This document shows positions 50,527 to 60,185 of a stretch of DNA of 64,000 bases, in pieces (position 1 is the first letter of the stretch; the number at the start of each line of letters is the position of its first letter). Location: the NCBI GenBank assembly GCA_963823435.1, contig CAWGLN010000009.1, forward strand, positions 132,560 to 196,559, given 5' to 3'. This DNA comes from an uncultured Gammaproteobacteria bacterium (GTDB lineage Bacteria > Pseudomonadota > Gammaproteobacteria > Steroidobacterales > BM003). Below the pieces are notes generated by a model that saw only the letters and a list, made by a program, of their open reading frames with translations, searched no databases and was not told the origin of the DNA. The position numbers and the translations under genes were made by a program.

Positions 50527-51678
50527 TTATTTCTTGGCAATCACGGCCCGGTATGCGATCAGGGTGGATTCCTCGTTAACCACGTAAATCATATCGCCCA
50601 CAACCAGCGGCGGGCTGTAGATCGCCGAACCGGTTTCGCTACGCGCAACGAACTCGCCGGTGGTGGCCGACAAAAAGTGCACATAGCCCTCAAAGTCACC
50701 GACCACCACGGTGTCACCGTAGGGGACGGGCGCGGTTACCGACCGACGAAGCAACAATTCCTGGCGCCAGATCGAGGTGCCACGGGTCCGTTCCAGCGCC
50801 ACCACGTGGGACGACTGATCGGTGACGTACACGGTGTTCCAGTCCAGCCCGACGCCGGAGTAACTGGGTATTTCCCTGGACCACAGCACCTGTCCCGACT
50901 CCACCGCCACCGAGACGGTTCGGCCGTTCACACCGGCAACGTAGGCGTCGTTGCCGATCACGCTGAATACGCCATCAATGTCGGTCATCCGGTCCAGCTC
51001 GGTTCTCCCGGTGGACTGGGTCATCGAGGCCTCCCAGAGGGCTTCCCCGTCGGACAGGCTGAGCACCATGAACTTGCCGTTATCGAAACCGGCCAACACA
51101 TTCGCTCCGCTCACCACCGGCGAACTGGTGCCACGTACGCTCAGACGCGGGACTTGCTGCTCCACCAACCAGACGGGTATGCCGTTGCTCGCGTCCAGGG
51201 CGCGCAGGCTGCCGTCTACCGCTCGCAACAAGACCTTGTTCCGGGCGATCGTGGGGCTGGCCAATATTTCGGCGTTAATCTTGGATTTCCATTTCAGATT
51301 GCCATCGGCGGCATCCAGTGCAATGACCTCGCCATCCCTGGAAGCCACCACGACCAGACCGCCACCGAAGGTGGGACCGGCTGACAAAGTGGTTTTCAAA
51401 TCGTTACGCCATTGGCGTCGTCCCTTGAGGGCATCGAAGGCGGTGACCTGGCCCTCGGCGCCGGCAGCAAATATTCTCGAACCATCGGTGGCCAGGCCAA
51501 GTCCCAGGCGCAGATTTTCGGCTTCATCGCCGGCGCTGGCGCTCCACACCTTTTTCACCTTGAGCGTCGCCTTGAATTCGGGCAGCGGCGCAGGTGGATT
51601 GGGCTCTTCGTCCCCACCAAACAAGGAGCAAGCACCGAGCATAAATGTCAGCAGCAAAATGCCCAGAATTCGTATCAT
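50527..51678 (-). CDS. bamB: outer-membrane protein assembly factor BamB
   Basis: Lipobox FMLGAC, PQQ-like beta-propeller repeats (..ALDA.DG...W..), and the conserved position between yfgM and der. Confidence 0.9.
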   Translation of the reverse strand: MIRILGILLLTFMLGACSLFGGDEEPNPPAPLPEFKATLKVKKVWSASAGDEAENLRLGLGLATDGSRIFAAGAEGQVTAFDALKGRRQWRNDLKTTLSAGPTFGGGLVVVASRDGEVIALDAADGNLKWKSKINAEILASPTIARNKVLLRAVDGSLRALDASNGIPVWLVEQQVPRLSVRGTSSPVVSGANVLAGFDNGKFMVLSLSDGEALWEASMTQSTGRTELDRMTDIDGVFSVIGNDAYVAGVNGRTVSVAVESGQVLWSREIPSYSGVGLDWNTVYVTDQSSHVVALERTRGTSIWRQELLLRRSVTAPVPYGDTVVVGDFEGYVHFLSATTGEFVARSETGSAIYSPPLVVGDMIYVVNEESTLIAYRAVIAKK

Positions 51679-52340
51679 GACGTCGGATCAGCCTCGATGA
51701 CCGGTGCGGCGGCAGGTTGCGGCAGATCATTCAGCTTGATCTCCACCACTTCGCGGTTGACCGGACCAGACAGGTCCGACAAAACCGATTCATACTCGTT
51801 GCGCGCCATCTCCCAATCACCCCGGGCCACAGCAACATCTCCGCGCATTTCGCTAAAACGAGCTGAAAAAGCACCCTCGTCAGGGACCGCCAGGGCGGCA
51901 AGGGCCTCGTCCAGCATTCCCTGCTGCATGCGTACCTGGGCCAGGCGCAAGCGAGCCACCAGTACCATCTGGGGATCGTCGTCCGACTTCGTTACGTATT
52001 CCAGCGAGGCGGCAGCCTCGTCCAGGCTACCGCGCTCCACCATCAGCCTGGCCAGTTCCAGGGAGGCCTGGTCGGCATAGGGCGTGGCGGCGTAATCGGT
52101 ACGCAGCGTGGCGGTCAACTCACTGGCCAGGTCGACATTACCAGCCGCGGCCTCGGCCCGAACCTGCTCGTACAGGCTGGACGCCTCTTCAGCGCGACTC
52201 GTGACGTAACTCTGCCAGCTGTTCCAGCCCACCAGCATGGAAAGTCCAAGCACCAGGCCACCCGCCACCCAGGCGCCATTTTCTTTCCACCACTGGCGGA
52301 TTTGTTCAATTTGTTCTTTTTCAGACAGTAATTCGTCCAC
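51675..52340 (-). CDS. yfgM: YfgM-family (ancillary SecYEG translocon subunit-like) TPR membrane protein
   Basis: N-terminus EQIEQIRQWWKENG followed by a TM segment, then a TPR-like periplasmic part. Conserved hisS-yfgM-bamB context. Confidence 0.75.
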   Translation of the reverse strand: MDELLSEKEQIEQIRQWWKENGAWVAGGLVLGLSMLVGWNSWQSYVTSRAEEASSLYEQVRAEAAAGNVDLASELTATLRTDYAATPYADQASLELARLMVERGSLDEAAASLEYVTKSDDDPQMVLVARLRLAQVRMQQGMLDEALAALAVPDEGAFSARFSEMRGDVAVARGDWEMARNEYESVLSDLSGPVNREVVEIKLNDLPQPAAAPVIEADPTS

Positions 52341-52376
52341 GTCGTACTCCTGTCGGCGCTAACGCCCCATTAGGTA

Positions 52377-53663
52377 TTACCTGCCGGCACCCGGTTCAAT
52401 GAAACCGCGCAGTCTGCCAGCTAAGTCACCCCAAGTCACCTCTTGCTGCTCGCCATCACCGCGCAGGGGCTTCAGCCCGGCCACCTGGCGTTCAACCTCA
52501 TTCTCACCGAGGATCACGGCCACCTCGGCCCCGCTGCGATCGGCCTTTTTCATCTGTGCCTTGAAACTGCCACCGCCGCAATTGACCTCCAGGCGCAAAC
52601 CCGGAAGTTGATCGCGCAAGGATTCCGCCAGGCTCATACCCGCTGTCTCGGCGCCCTCGCCTGCCATCACCATATAGGCCTGCGGTGAATCCGCCGGGAA
52701 CGGGTAATCCTGGCTTTCCATCAGGGCCAGCAGTCTTTCCACTCCCAGCGCCCAGCCAACGGCAGGCGTGGCGGGACCGCCCAGTTGTTCGACCAATCCG
52801 TCATAACGGCCGCCGGAGCAAACCGCCCCTTGCGCTCCGAGTTGATCAGTCACCCATTCAAATACGGTTCGGCTGTAATAATCCAGACCCCGGACCAGAC
52901 GCGGATTCACCGAATATTCAATTCCGGCGTCATCCAGGATTTCCCGCAGGCGGCCGAAATGCCGCGCTGACTCCTCGTCCAGGTGATCCGCCAGCAGGGG
53001 TGCTCCGGCTATCAAGTCCTGCATGTCCGGATTCTTGGAGTCCAGGATGCGCATGGGGTTGCTTTCCAACCGCCTCTGGCTGTCCTCGTCCAGTTGCTCA
53101 TAATGTCCGCGGAAATAGCTGACAAGGAGTCCCCGGTACACTGCCCTCGACTCGGGTGTACCCAGCGAATTCAGTTCCAGCCTGATGTGCTTCAGGTCCA
53201 GGCGTTTCCACAGCCGTGCAGACAAGAGGATGATCTCCGCATCCACATCGGGGCCGGGAAAACCCAGGGCCTCTACGTCAATCTGGTGAAACTGGCGATA
53301 ACGACCTTTCTGCGGACGCTCATAGCGAAACATGGGGCCGGTACACCAAAGACGCTGCCGCTGGTTGTATAACAGTCCATTGCTTATTCCGGCACGTACG
53401 ATGCCCGCAGTGGCTTCCGGTCTGAGCGTAACACTCTCTCCGCCGCGGTCGTCGAAGGTATACATTTCCTTCTCGACAATATCCGTGACCTCACCGATTG
53501 AACGCTTGAACAACTCGGTTCGCTCGACCACCGGCACGCGAATCTCCCGGTAGCCGTAGGCACCAAGAATTTCGCGCACAATCGCTTCCAGGTGCTGCCA
53601 GCATCGCGACTGTTCGGGCAGAATGTCGTTCATGCCACGGATTGGCTGAATACCCTTACTCAC
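52377..53663 (-). CDS. hisS: histidine--tRNA ligase
   Basis: [12 protein letters not shown]..., class-II motifs (..[16 protein letters not shown].., ..GGGRYDGL..) and a C-terminal anticodon-binding domain. Confidence 0.95.
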   Translation of the reverse strand: MSKGIQPIRGMNDILPEQSRCWQHLEAIVREILGAYGYREIRVPVVERTELFKRSIGEVTDIVEKEMYTFDDRGGESVTLRPEATAGIVRAGISNGLLYNQRQRLWCTGPMFRYERPQKGRYRQFHQIDVEALGFPGPDVDAEIILLSARLWKRLDLKHIRLELNSLGTPESRAVYRGLLVSYFRGHYEQLDEDSQRRLESNPMRILDSKNPDMQDLIAGAPLLADHLDEESARHFGRLREILDDAGIEYSVNPRLVRGLDYYSRTVFEWVTDQLGAQGAVCSGGRYDGLVEQLGGPATPAVGWALGVERLLALMESQDYPFPADSPQAYMVMAGEGAETAGMSLAESLRDQLPGLRLEVNCGGGSFKAQMKKADRSGAEVAVILGENEVERQVAGLKPLRGDGEQQEVTWGDLAGRLRGFIEPGAGR

Positions 53664-53688
53664 AAGCCAAGCTCCTCAATCCAGGCGC

Positions 53689-54651
53689 TCACTGCGGAGG
53701 TTCAATGGTAAATCTCGCCGTGTTGCCGGCGCGCCTGCTCTGTGGCACATCAAAGCTTGCGCCGTCCACGCTGATTACCACGCCCTGCACCCTGCCCAGG
53801 TAAACCGAGGCCGGCCCCGGAATGTTCAACTCCCGACGTGTCCCTGCCCGAAACAATCCGTAGAGCACCCGCTTCTGCCTGCCATCGTGAATTTCCGCCC
53901 AGGAATCCTCCACGAATTCCAACACGACACTCATCTGCACACCCTGCGCCGCGGGATCGTCCTGAGGGACCGGCTCGGCCACAATTACTTCCGGCTGGAC
54001 CTGTGCCTTGATAGGTGTCTGGGCCTGTTGCCCTCCTTGCACCAACTGCCCATCGACTTGCGTGGCAGGCTTCTCCGGGACCGTTTCCGGTGCTTGCGAG
54101 GTTTCCTGATCTATCACCGTCACTGGCATATCCAATGAACTGGATTCCTGTGGACCCAGGGGCAACACGAGGGATTTTCCGTCGCCGGAAACAGCCGGCC
54201 CGGCTTCAAGCGCCATGTCCATCGCACGCATCTGGAACCACCACCAGGCAGCAGCAGCGAGCAGGCTCAGGACCAGGATCACCAGGAACAACAGCGACAG
54301 ATTCACACGCCTGCGGCGTCGGGATATGGGCACCGTCTCTCGTAACACCGAATGCATGAGTTGCGCGTCGCTTTCTCCCACGCTGGCCTGGTAGGCATCC
54401 AGCAACTCCTGCTCCGGCAGGTGCAGCAGCCTGGCATATTTTCGCAAATGCCCTCTCACGAACACCTGCGCACCGAGTACGCCAAAGTTTTCGTTTTCCA
54501 GACTCTGCAGCACCGCTACGTCCACCCGCAGGGACGCAGCCGCTTTTTCCAGGCTCAATTCCTGCTCCTGCCGTGCCCGAACAAGACGCGGGCCAATCTC
54601 CTGCTCAGGCGGCAGTTCGGTATCCCCTGGCGTGTCTGTCTCAGTTGCCAT
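53689..54651 (-). CDS. rodZ: cytoskeleton protein RodZ (HTH + TM + DUF4115)
   Basis: GPRLVRARQEQELSLEKAAASLRV (XRE HTH), ..FVRGHLRKYARLL.., a TM segment, then a C-terminal beta domain. Conserved pilW-rodZ context. Confidence 0.8.
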   Translation of the reverse strand: MATETDTPGDTELPPEQEIGPRLVRARQEQELSLEKAAASLRVDVAVLQSLENENFGVLGAQVFVRGHLRKYARLLHLPEQELLDAYQASVGESDAQLMHSVLRETVPISRRRRRVNLSLLFLVILVLSLLAAAAWWWFQMRAMDMALEAGPAVSGDGKSLVLPLGPQESSSLDMPVTVIDQETSQAPETVPEKPATQVDGQLVQGGQQAQTPIKAQVQPEVIVAEPVPQDDPAAQGVQMSVVLEFVEDSWAEIHDGRQKRVLYGLFRAGTRRELNIPGPASVYLGRVQGVVISVDGASFDVPQSRRAGNTARFTIEPPQ

Positions 54652-55408
54652 TGCGCCGTTGCTCCAGGAACTGACGGGCTTCGGCCGAATCGGGGAAGCC
54701 GCTCAATAACCGTTGTGCATACTCATCCGCGGCCACGGCGTTCGCCATGGCCTTTTCAATGCGCACACCTAACCACAACACGTCCGGTGTCGCCTTGTGA
54801 TATTGCAGGTAGCGTTCGACAAATGCTCGCGCGGGGAAATACTCCCCCCTGTCAAAATTCAAGGAGGCCAGCTGCAGCAAGGCCTCATCGTAATTCTTGT
54901 TCACAGCCAGCGCTTTTCTGAAATAGGTATCGGCATCATCCAGCCTGCCGGCGCCGCGCGCACATACGCCGGCATTGGTATAAGCGACCTCGGGGGTCCT
55001 GTACAGAGGCACCATGGCCGCCTTGTCAAAGGCCCCGAGAGCCGCTTTTACCGAGCCTTGCTTGCACAGAAAAACGGCATAGGCATTTTGTATTTCCGGA
55101 TTCTCCGGCGCCAGCCTGGATGCCTTGCGCAAGTGAACTTCAGCGTCCGCAGGCTGGTTTGTCTGCTCGTAGAGGTATCCCAGGGCCATGTGGGTTTCCG
55201 CAAGAGAGGGATTCTGCTCCAGGGATTTATTCAGCTTGTCGAGGGCCAACTGGTACTCGCCCTGCCGCAAATATCCTACTCCAAGCTGCAGATTGTAGGC
55301 CGCCGCATCCTCCTCCATTTGCTTGGCGCCCTTGCTGGATTTGGGGGCATCAGAAACACAGGCCGAAACCAACAATGCAATCGCCAATATTGCCCAGGTA
55401 TTTTTCAT
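54641..55408 (-). CDS. pilW: type IV pilus biogenesis/stability lipoprotein PilW (TPR)
   Basis: Lipobox ALLVSAC, TPR repeats, and the conserved position downstream of rlmN. Confidence 0.75.
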   Translation of the reverse strand: MKNTWAILAIALLVSACVSDAPKSSKGAKQMEEDAAAYNLQLGVGYLRQGEYQLALDKLNKSLEQNPSLAETHMALGYLYEQTNQPADAEVHLRKASRLAPENPEIQNAYAVFLCKQGSVKAALGAFDKAAMVPLYRTPEVAYTNAGVCARGAGRLDDADTYFRKALAVNKNYDEALLQLASLNFDRGEYFPARAFVERYLQYHKATPDVLWLGVRIEKAMANAVAADEYAQRLLSGFPDSAEARQFLEQRRNGN

Positions 55409-56514
55409 ATGTTCTGCACCGATACGCTGATCATTTTGCTACCCAGCCGCACACGAGTCCTGTCATTGACCTTGCCGGCCAATTGACCGCACGCGGCATC
55501 AATGTCGTCCCCACGGGTCCGTCGCGTGACGGTAATAATACCGCTATCCAGCAACACCTGCCGAAAGCGATCAATGGTTGCCTGGGGTGATCGCTGGTAG
55601 CGAGTGCCCGGAAACGGGTTAAAGGGAATCAAATTTACCTTCGCCGGTCTGTTTTTCAATAGACGTGCCAACTGCCTGGCATGCTCCAGGGTGTCGTTCA
55701 CGTCCTTCAACATGGTGTATTCAAAGGTAATGTGACGGTTGGAATACAACTTTGCATACGCCCAACACGCCTCCAGCAACTCGGCGATCGGATGACGCCG
55801 GTTTATCGGCACCAATTCGTCCCGCAGGGTATCGTTCGCCGCGTGCAGGGATACGGCCAGGGCCACGTTGCATTCCACGGCCAGCTTGTTGATCTGGGGC
55901 ACCAGACCCGAGGTGCTCAGGGTCACCCGTCGACGGGATAACTCGAAACCGTAGTCATCCAGCATGACCTTGATCGCCGGCACCACCGCCCGGTAGTTGG
56001 CCAGGGGTTCGCCCATGCCCATCAACACCACGTTGGAAATCACACGATCCGCAGTAGACGGGCCTGCTCCCAGTTCGCGCCGGGCCAGCCATACCTGTCC
56101 GACTATTTCGGCGCTGTCCAGATTGCGGTTGAATCCCTGCGCGCCGGTAGAACAAAACGAGCAATCCAGGGCGCAGCCGACCTGGCTGGAAATACACAAG
56201 GTGCCGCGGGATTCCTCCGGTATAAACACCGTTTCGATAGCCTGCTCGGAGCCCGCCCGCAGTACCCACTTGACGGTGCCGTCGGCAGAGTCATGTCGGC
56301 TGACAATTTCCGGGGGACGCACCTCGGCCTGCTCGCCAAGGCGCTCCCTCAGACCCTTGCCAAGATCGGTCATCTGCTCGAAATCGCTGATACCACGGGA
56401 ATAGATCCATTTCATGACCTGTCGGGCACGAAATGGCTTCTCCCCCCACTGGGCAAACAGTTCTTCCATTTGCTCCCGGGGCAGACCCAGCAGATTTATC
56501 CTGGCCGATGGCAT
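55405..56514 (-). CDS. rlmN: 23S rRNA/tRNA adenine-C2 methyltransferase RlmN (radical SAM)
   Basis: [11 protein letters not shown].., [18 protein letters not shown] (radical SAM CxxxCxxC) and ..DIDAACGQL. Confidence 0.95.
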   Translation of the reverse strand: MPSARINLLGLPREQMEELFAQWGEKPFRARQVMKWIYSRGISDFEQMTDLGKGLRERLGEQAEVRPPEIVSRHDSADGTVKWVLRAGSEQAIETVFIPEESRGTLCISSQVGCALDCSFCSTGAQGFNRNLDSAEIVGQVWLARRELGAGPSTADRVISNVVLMGMGEPLANYRAVVPAIKVMLDDYGFELSRRRVTLSTSGLVPQINKLAVECNVALAVSLHAANDTLRDELVPINRRHPIAELLEACWAYAKLYSNRHITFEYTMLKDVNDTLEHARQLARLLKNRPAKVNLIPFNPFPGTRYQRSPQATIDRFRQVLLDSGIITVTRRTRGDDIDAACGQLAGKVNDRTRVRLGSKMISVSVQNI

Positions 56515-56535
56515 GACGATAGACCGATCCGCGTC

Positions 56536-56967
56536 CTAGCGGGTACGCGGGCAGATCTGCTTGTCAGCGAAAAAGAACGCAATCTCGATCGCTGCATTCT
56601 CGGCGCTGTCAGAGCCATGCACCACGTTCTCCTCAATGGAATCAGCGAAGTCGGCACGGATCGTACCCGCATCGGCTTTCTTCGGATCGGTGGCGCCCAT
56701 CAGGGCACGGTGTGCGGCGACGGCGTTCTCGCCCTGGAGGGCGGTAACCACCACCGGACCGCTCATCATGTAACTGACCAGATCCTTGAAGAAGGGGCGT
56801 TCCTTGTGCACGGCATAGAAACCCTCGGCCTGCTCGCGTGACAGGTGAAGCATACGGGCGGCAACGATTTGCAGACCGGCGCCTTCAAAGCGTTTGTAGA
56901 TTTCACCAATCAGGTTCTTCTGTACGCCGTCAGGCTTGATAATGGAAAGGGTGCGTTCGATCGCCAT
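56536..56967 (-). CDS. ndk: nucleoside-diphosphate kinase
   Basis: [15 protein letters not shown]...NVVHGSDS (active-site His). Confidence 0.95.
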   Translation of the reverse strand: MAIERTLSIIKPDGVQKNLIGEIYKRFEGAGLQIVAARMLHLSREQAEGFYAVHKERPFFKDLVSYMMSGPVVVTALQGENAVAAHRALMGATDPKKADAGTIRADFADSIEENVVHGSDSAENAAIEIAFFFADKQICPRTR

Positions 56968-56996
56968 TTCAGTAATTCCTTAGTAAATCAGAAAGA

Positions 56997-57022
56997 TAAA
57001 AAAAACAGGCGCACACTGCCTG
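56997..57022 (-). terminator. intrinsic terminator-like hairpin 30 nt upstream of the ndk start codon
   Basis: The minus strand reads CAGGC-AGTGTGC-GCCTG followed by TTTTTTTT. It lies at the distal end of the 359-nt iscA-ndk gap. Confidence 0.55.
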
Positions 57023-57326
57023 CCCCCGGGACGGAGCCCGTCGTCCCGAAAACAGGTAGGCACATAACTGCGGAATTGTACTGTGCGCGAGCCCCAAAAA
57101 CGAGGATGGCCCGGGTCAGTGAGCCACTGGTCTAATCCCGGGACCTCAATTTTCCAAGGAGATAATCCGGCTTTTGCGTCGTAAATCCCCACGGCAGGGC
57201 GCGTTTGCAGGCAGCATTCCGGAAGGCGCAGAACATGCGCCACTGGAACACCATTACCAGCGATTGGCGCCTTGAGTCTGGATTTTTCCAGCCGATGTCT
57301 ACTTCACGAGGAACAAGTCCCGGATC

Positions 57327-57653
57327 CTAGACGGTGAAACTCTCGCCGCAGCCGCATTCGTCCTTGACGTTGGGATTACGGAATTTGAAGGCCTCGTTCA
57401 GTCCCTGTTTCACAAAATCAACCTGCATCCCCTGCAACAAAGGCAGGGCATCCTCGCCAACCACCAGGGTAATACCATGATCCTGGAAAGTGACGTCTGA
57501 ATCGGCTATTTCCTTAGCATATTCAATATGATAGGCAAATCCGGAGCAACCTGTCTTGCGCACACCCAGACGCAGGCCCACCGTGCCACTCTGCTTGGCC
57601 AGGTAACCGCTCACCCTTTGGGCGGCGGCATCGGTCAGTGTAATAGGCATCAC
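57327..57653 (-). CDS. iscA: iron-sulfur cluster insertion/assembly protein IscA (A-type carrier)
   Basis: ITLTDAAAQRV...GLRLGVRKTGCSGFAY...NPNVKDECGCGESF (C-x(n)-C-G-C motif). Confidence 0.9.
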   Translation of the reverse strand: MMPITLTDAAAQRVSGYLAKQSGTVGLRLGVRKTGCSGFAYHIEYAKEIADSDVTFQDHGITLVVGEDALPLLQGMQVDFVKQGLNEAFKFRNPNVKDECGCGESFTV

Positions 57654-57678
57654 CGGCTAGTCCTTTGAATTATTCACT

Positions 57679-58071
57679 TCACCATATATGACGGCGGCTG
57701 CGGGCATTTTCAAGGCAGGCAGCCAGAGCGTCCTCGAGCACCAGTATACTGCCCAACTTGTCTACCGGCACCTCAAGCGCCGCCACAATGTCCGTGGCGC
57801 TGATCCCGGACGCCTCTTCCAGACTTAAACCGGTCAGTGTTTCCGCCAGCCACGAGGCCGCCGCAATACTGTGGGGGCAGCCCCAGGCGAGAAAGCGCGC
57901 CGCCATGATTTTTTGGTCCCGGACCTGGCATTGTAGTTGCACGGCCACGCCCCGCTTTCTACTGCCGGCGCGGCCTTCCGCCACCGAGGGGGTGCCCTCG
58001 ACAAAGCTGCCGGCACCGAAAGGCTCGAAGAAATGCCGCTTCAGCAAGACATTGGATTCCGCGGGCAACAC
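57679..58071 (-). CDS. IscU/NifU-N-like scaffold homologue, degenerate (canonical cluster ligands mostly missing)
   Basis: It aligns to IscU over its full length (..RHFFEPFGAGSF.., ..FLAWGCPHSIAAAS.., ..LEDALAA..). However, APACGD is replaced by AGSRKRG and the HCS motif by LGS. Only the middle Cys (WGC) is retained. Confidence 0.65.
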   Translation of the reverse strand: MLPAESNVLLKRHFFEPFGAGSFVEGTPSVAEGRAGSRKRGVAVQLQCQVRDQKIMAARFLAWGCPHSIAAASWLAETLTGLSLEEASGISATDIVAALEVPVDKLGSILVLEDALAACLENARSRRHIW

Positions 58072-58073
58072 CG

Positions 58074-59231
58074 CTACTGCACCCAGGGTGGCGCAAGCTG
58101 CCGCAGACGCTGCAACTGTTCCCCCAGCATGGCCAGGGCGGTATCGATGTCGTCGGCACAGGTCGAGCGGCCAAGACTGAAACGCAGGGAGGCCTGGGCG
58201 GCCTGCTCATCCAGACCCAGGGCCCTGAGCACGTATGACGGCTCACGGTTGCTACTCGCGCAAGCCGAGCCACTGGACAGGGCGAGACCGGTGAGGCCAA
58301 ACAAAAGACTTTCACCCTCCACGCCCTGGAAACTTACGTTCAGGATATTGGGGACGCAATGTTCCTGGGCGCCATTGACACTGACACCACCAATTTCCTG
58401 CATACCTGTCCACAGGCGCTGACGCAGACCGGCCAGCCTGTCCTGGTCAGCCTGCATACGGACCGCAGCCAGCTCAAAAGCCCTCCCCATCCCGGCGATT
58501 TGATGGGTGGCCAGGGTACCTGGGCGCAAGCCCTGCTCCTGGCCGCCGCCGAACAGCACCGGAAACAGGTTGCAACGTGGCTCACGCCTGACAAACAGTG
58601 CGCCTATCCCCTTGGGTCCATAAATCTTGTGCGCAGAAAAAGACATCAGGTCCACCGGCAACTCGCCCAGGTCGATGGGCAGTTTGCCAGCCGACTGGGC
58701 CGCGTCCACGTGAAACAGTACACCCTGTTCGCGACACAGGGCACCCAGGCCCGCTATGTCCTGGATCAATCCTGTTTCATTATTCACATGCATCAGGGAA
58801 ACCAGCGTGGTGTCCGGTCTGAGAGCCTCTCGCAACTGCCCCACGGAAACCCTGCCCTGCTCCGCGGGCGAAAGCCAGGTAAGCTCGAAGCCCTCCTTTT
58901 CAAGCGCCTTGCAGGAATCCAGCACCGCCCGGTGCTCGCTACGGGAGGTAATGATGTGGCGTCCGCGGTGAGCCTGGTGCAAGGCTGCGCCACGAATGGC
59001 CATGTTGTCCGCCTCGGTAGCGCCGGAGGTGAACACAATCTCCTCGCTACCCGCGCCCAGCAAGGCGGCAACCTGCTGTCGGGCATACTCCACCCGGGCA
59101 CGCGCAGCCAGGCCGGGGCCGTGCAAGGAGGAAGGGTTGGCAAAATCGCCCTCCTCACCCAGGCACTGGTTCATCAGCTCTATCACCTGCGTATCAACCG
59201 GGGTGGTCGCCGCATAGTCGAGGTAGATCAT
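58074..59231 (-). CDS. iscS: cysteine desulfurase, IscS/NifS family (short C-terminus)
   Basis: IYLDYAATTPVD...TSGATEADN...SFSAHKIYGPKGIGAL (PLP Lys)...SSGSACASS (active-site Cys). It ends at ..LAPPWVQ, without the about 20-aa IscS tail of E. coli as I remember it. Confidence 0.85.
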   Translation of the reverse strand: MIYLDYAATTPVDTQVIELMNQCLGEEGDFANPSSLHGPGLAARARVEYARQQVAALLGAGSEEIVFTSGATEADNMAIRGAALHQAHRGRHIITSRSEHRAVLDSCKALEKEGFELTWLSPAEQGRVSVGQLREALRPDTTLVSLMHVNNETGLIQDIAGLGALCREQGVLFHVDAAQSAGKLPIDLGELPVDLMSFSAHKIYGPKGIGALFVRREPRCNLFPVLFGGGQEQGLRPGTLATHQIAGMGRAFELAAVRMQADQDRLAGLRQRLWTGMQEIGGVSVNGAQEHCVPNILNVSFQGVEGESLLFGLTGLALSSGSACASSNREPSYVLRALGLDEQAAQASLRFSLGRSTCADDIDTALAMLGEQLQRLRQLAPPWVQ

Positions 59232-59260
59232 CTTTTTACCCACTGTCGGTCCGACCACGA

Positions 59261-60019
59261 TCAGGTGTCTCCGTCATTGTCGTCGGGGAGCTGCTGCCAG
59301 GTTTGCCTGGGGGAGGTCTGGTAGGCGCTGAGTATACCCCGCAGGATATTCACCTCCTTCTCATCAAGCCCGGCACGCAGATAAAGCCGCCGCAACCTGG
59401 CCATCAGGTGACGCGGGCTCTTTGGGTTCAGGAAACCGCTTTTCTCGAGCACCTCCTGCATGTGGACAAACAGACGCTCCAGGTCCTCGGCACGGGCCGG
59501 CGGCGAATCGGGAAGCTGACGTACCCCGGTACCGCCAAGCACCGCCATGCGTAATTCGTAGCACAAGATCTGTACCGCCATAGCCAGGTTCAGCGAGCCA
59601 TACTCCTCCGCTGTAGGTACGTGCACCATCGCCTGGCACAAGTGCATTTCCTGGTTACTCAGCCCGGATGCCTCGCGTCCGAACACCAGGGCCACGGCGC
59701 CTTCAGTCGGGTTTGCCACCACCTGTTCCGCTACCTCCCTGGGTGTCTGCAAGGGCCAGGGCAGGCTGCGCAAGCGCGCGCTGGTGCCGACCACCAGGCG
59801 GCAGTCAGCCACCGCTTCCTCCAGCGTATCCACTACCCGGGCACGCGCCAGCAAGTCATCCGCACCCGATGCCAGGGCGGTGGCTTCTGCGTGTGGGAAA
59901 TGCTCGGGCGCGACCAGCCAGAGCTGCTCCAGACCCATCACCTTCATGGCCCGCGCGCTGCTGCCAATATTGCCAGGGTGAGTGGTGCCAACCAATACGA
60001 TTCGAATTTGTTCAAGCAT
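59261..60019 (-). CDS. trmJ: tRNA (cytidine/uridine-2'-O)-methyltransferase TrmJ (SpoU family)
   Basis: IRIVLVGTTHPGNIGSSARAMKVMG...ALVFGREASGLSN...SLNLAMAVQILCYE. Conserved position between suhB and the isc genes. Confidence 0.85.
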   Translation of the reverse strand: MLEQIRIVLVGTTHPGNIGSSARAMKVMGLEQLWLVAPEHFPHAEATALASGADDLLARARVVDTLEEAVADCRLVVGTSARLRSLPWPLQTPREVAEQVVANPTEGAVALVFGREASGLSNQEMHLCQAMVHVPTAEEYGSLNLAMAVQILCYELRMAVLGGTGVRQLPDSPPARAEDLERLFVHMQEVLEKSGFLNPKSPRHLMARLRRLYLRAGLDEKEVNILRGILSAYQTSPRQTWQQLPDDNDGDT

Positions 60020-60185
60020 CAGCTACGCCCATTGCTCCCGGAAGCCCGTCGTGGCTGGCAATTCTCCCGCCTTTTGACGGTCGCATGCAAAGACTTGCTC
60101 CCACCACGGACACAATTTGCTAAACTTCGGGCCCAACGGCAGGGCCTTACCCCTGCAACGCTGTTTTCCAAAGAGGGATTCCAAG

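Noticed and set aside
57190-57235. CATTCC-GGAA-GGCGCAG on the plus strand, resembling the GGAA tetraloop region of SRP (4.5S) RNA.
   Set aside because: The flanking conserved SRP domain IV nucleotides (GGTCAGGTCC / GGAAGCAGCC) and the long closing helix are absent.
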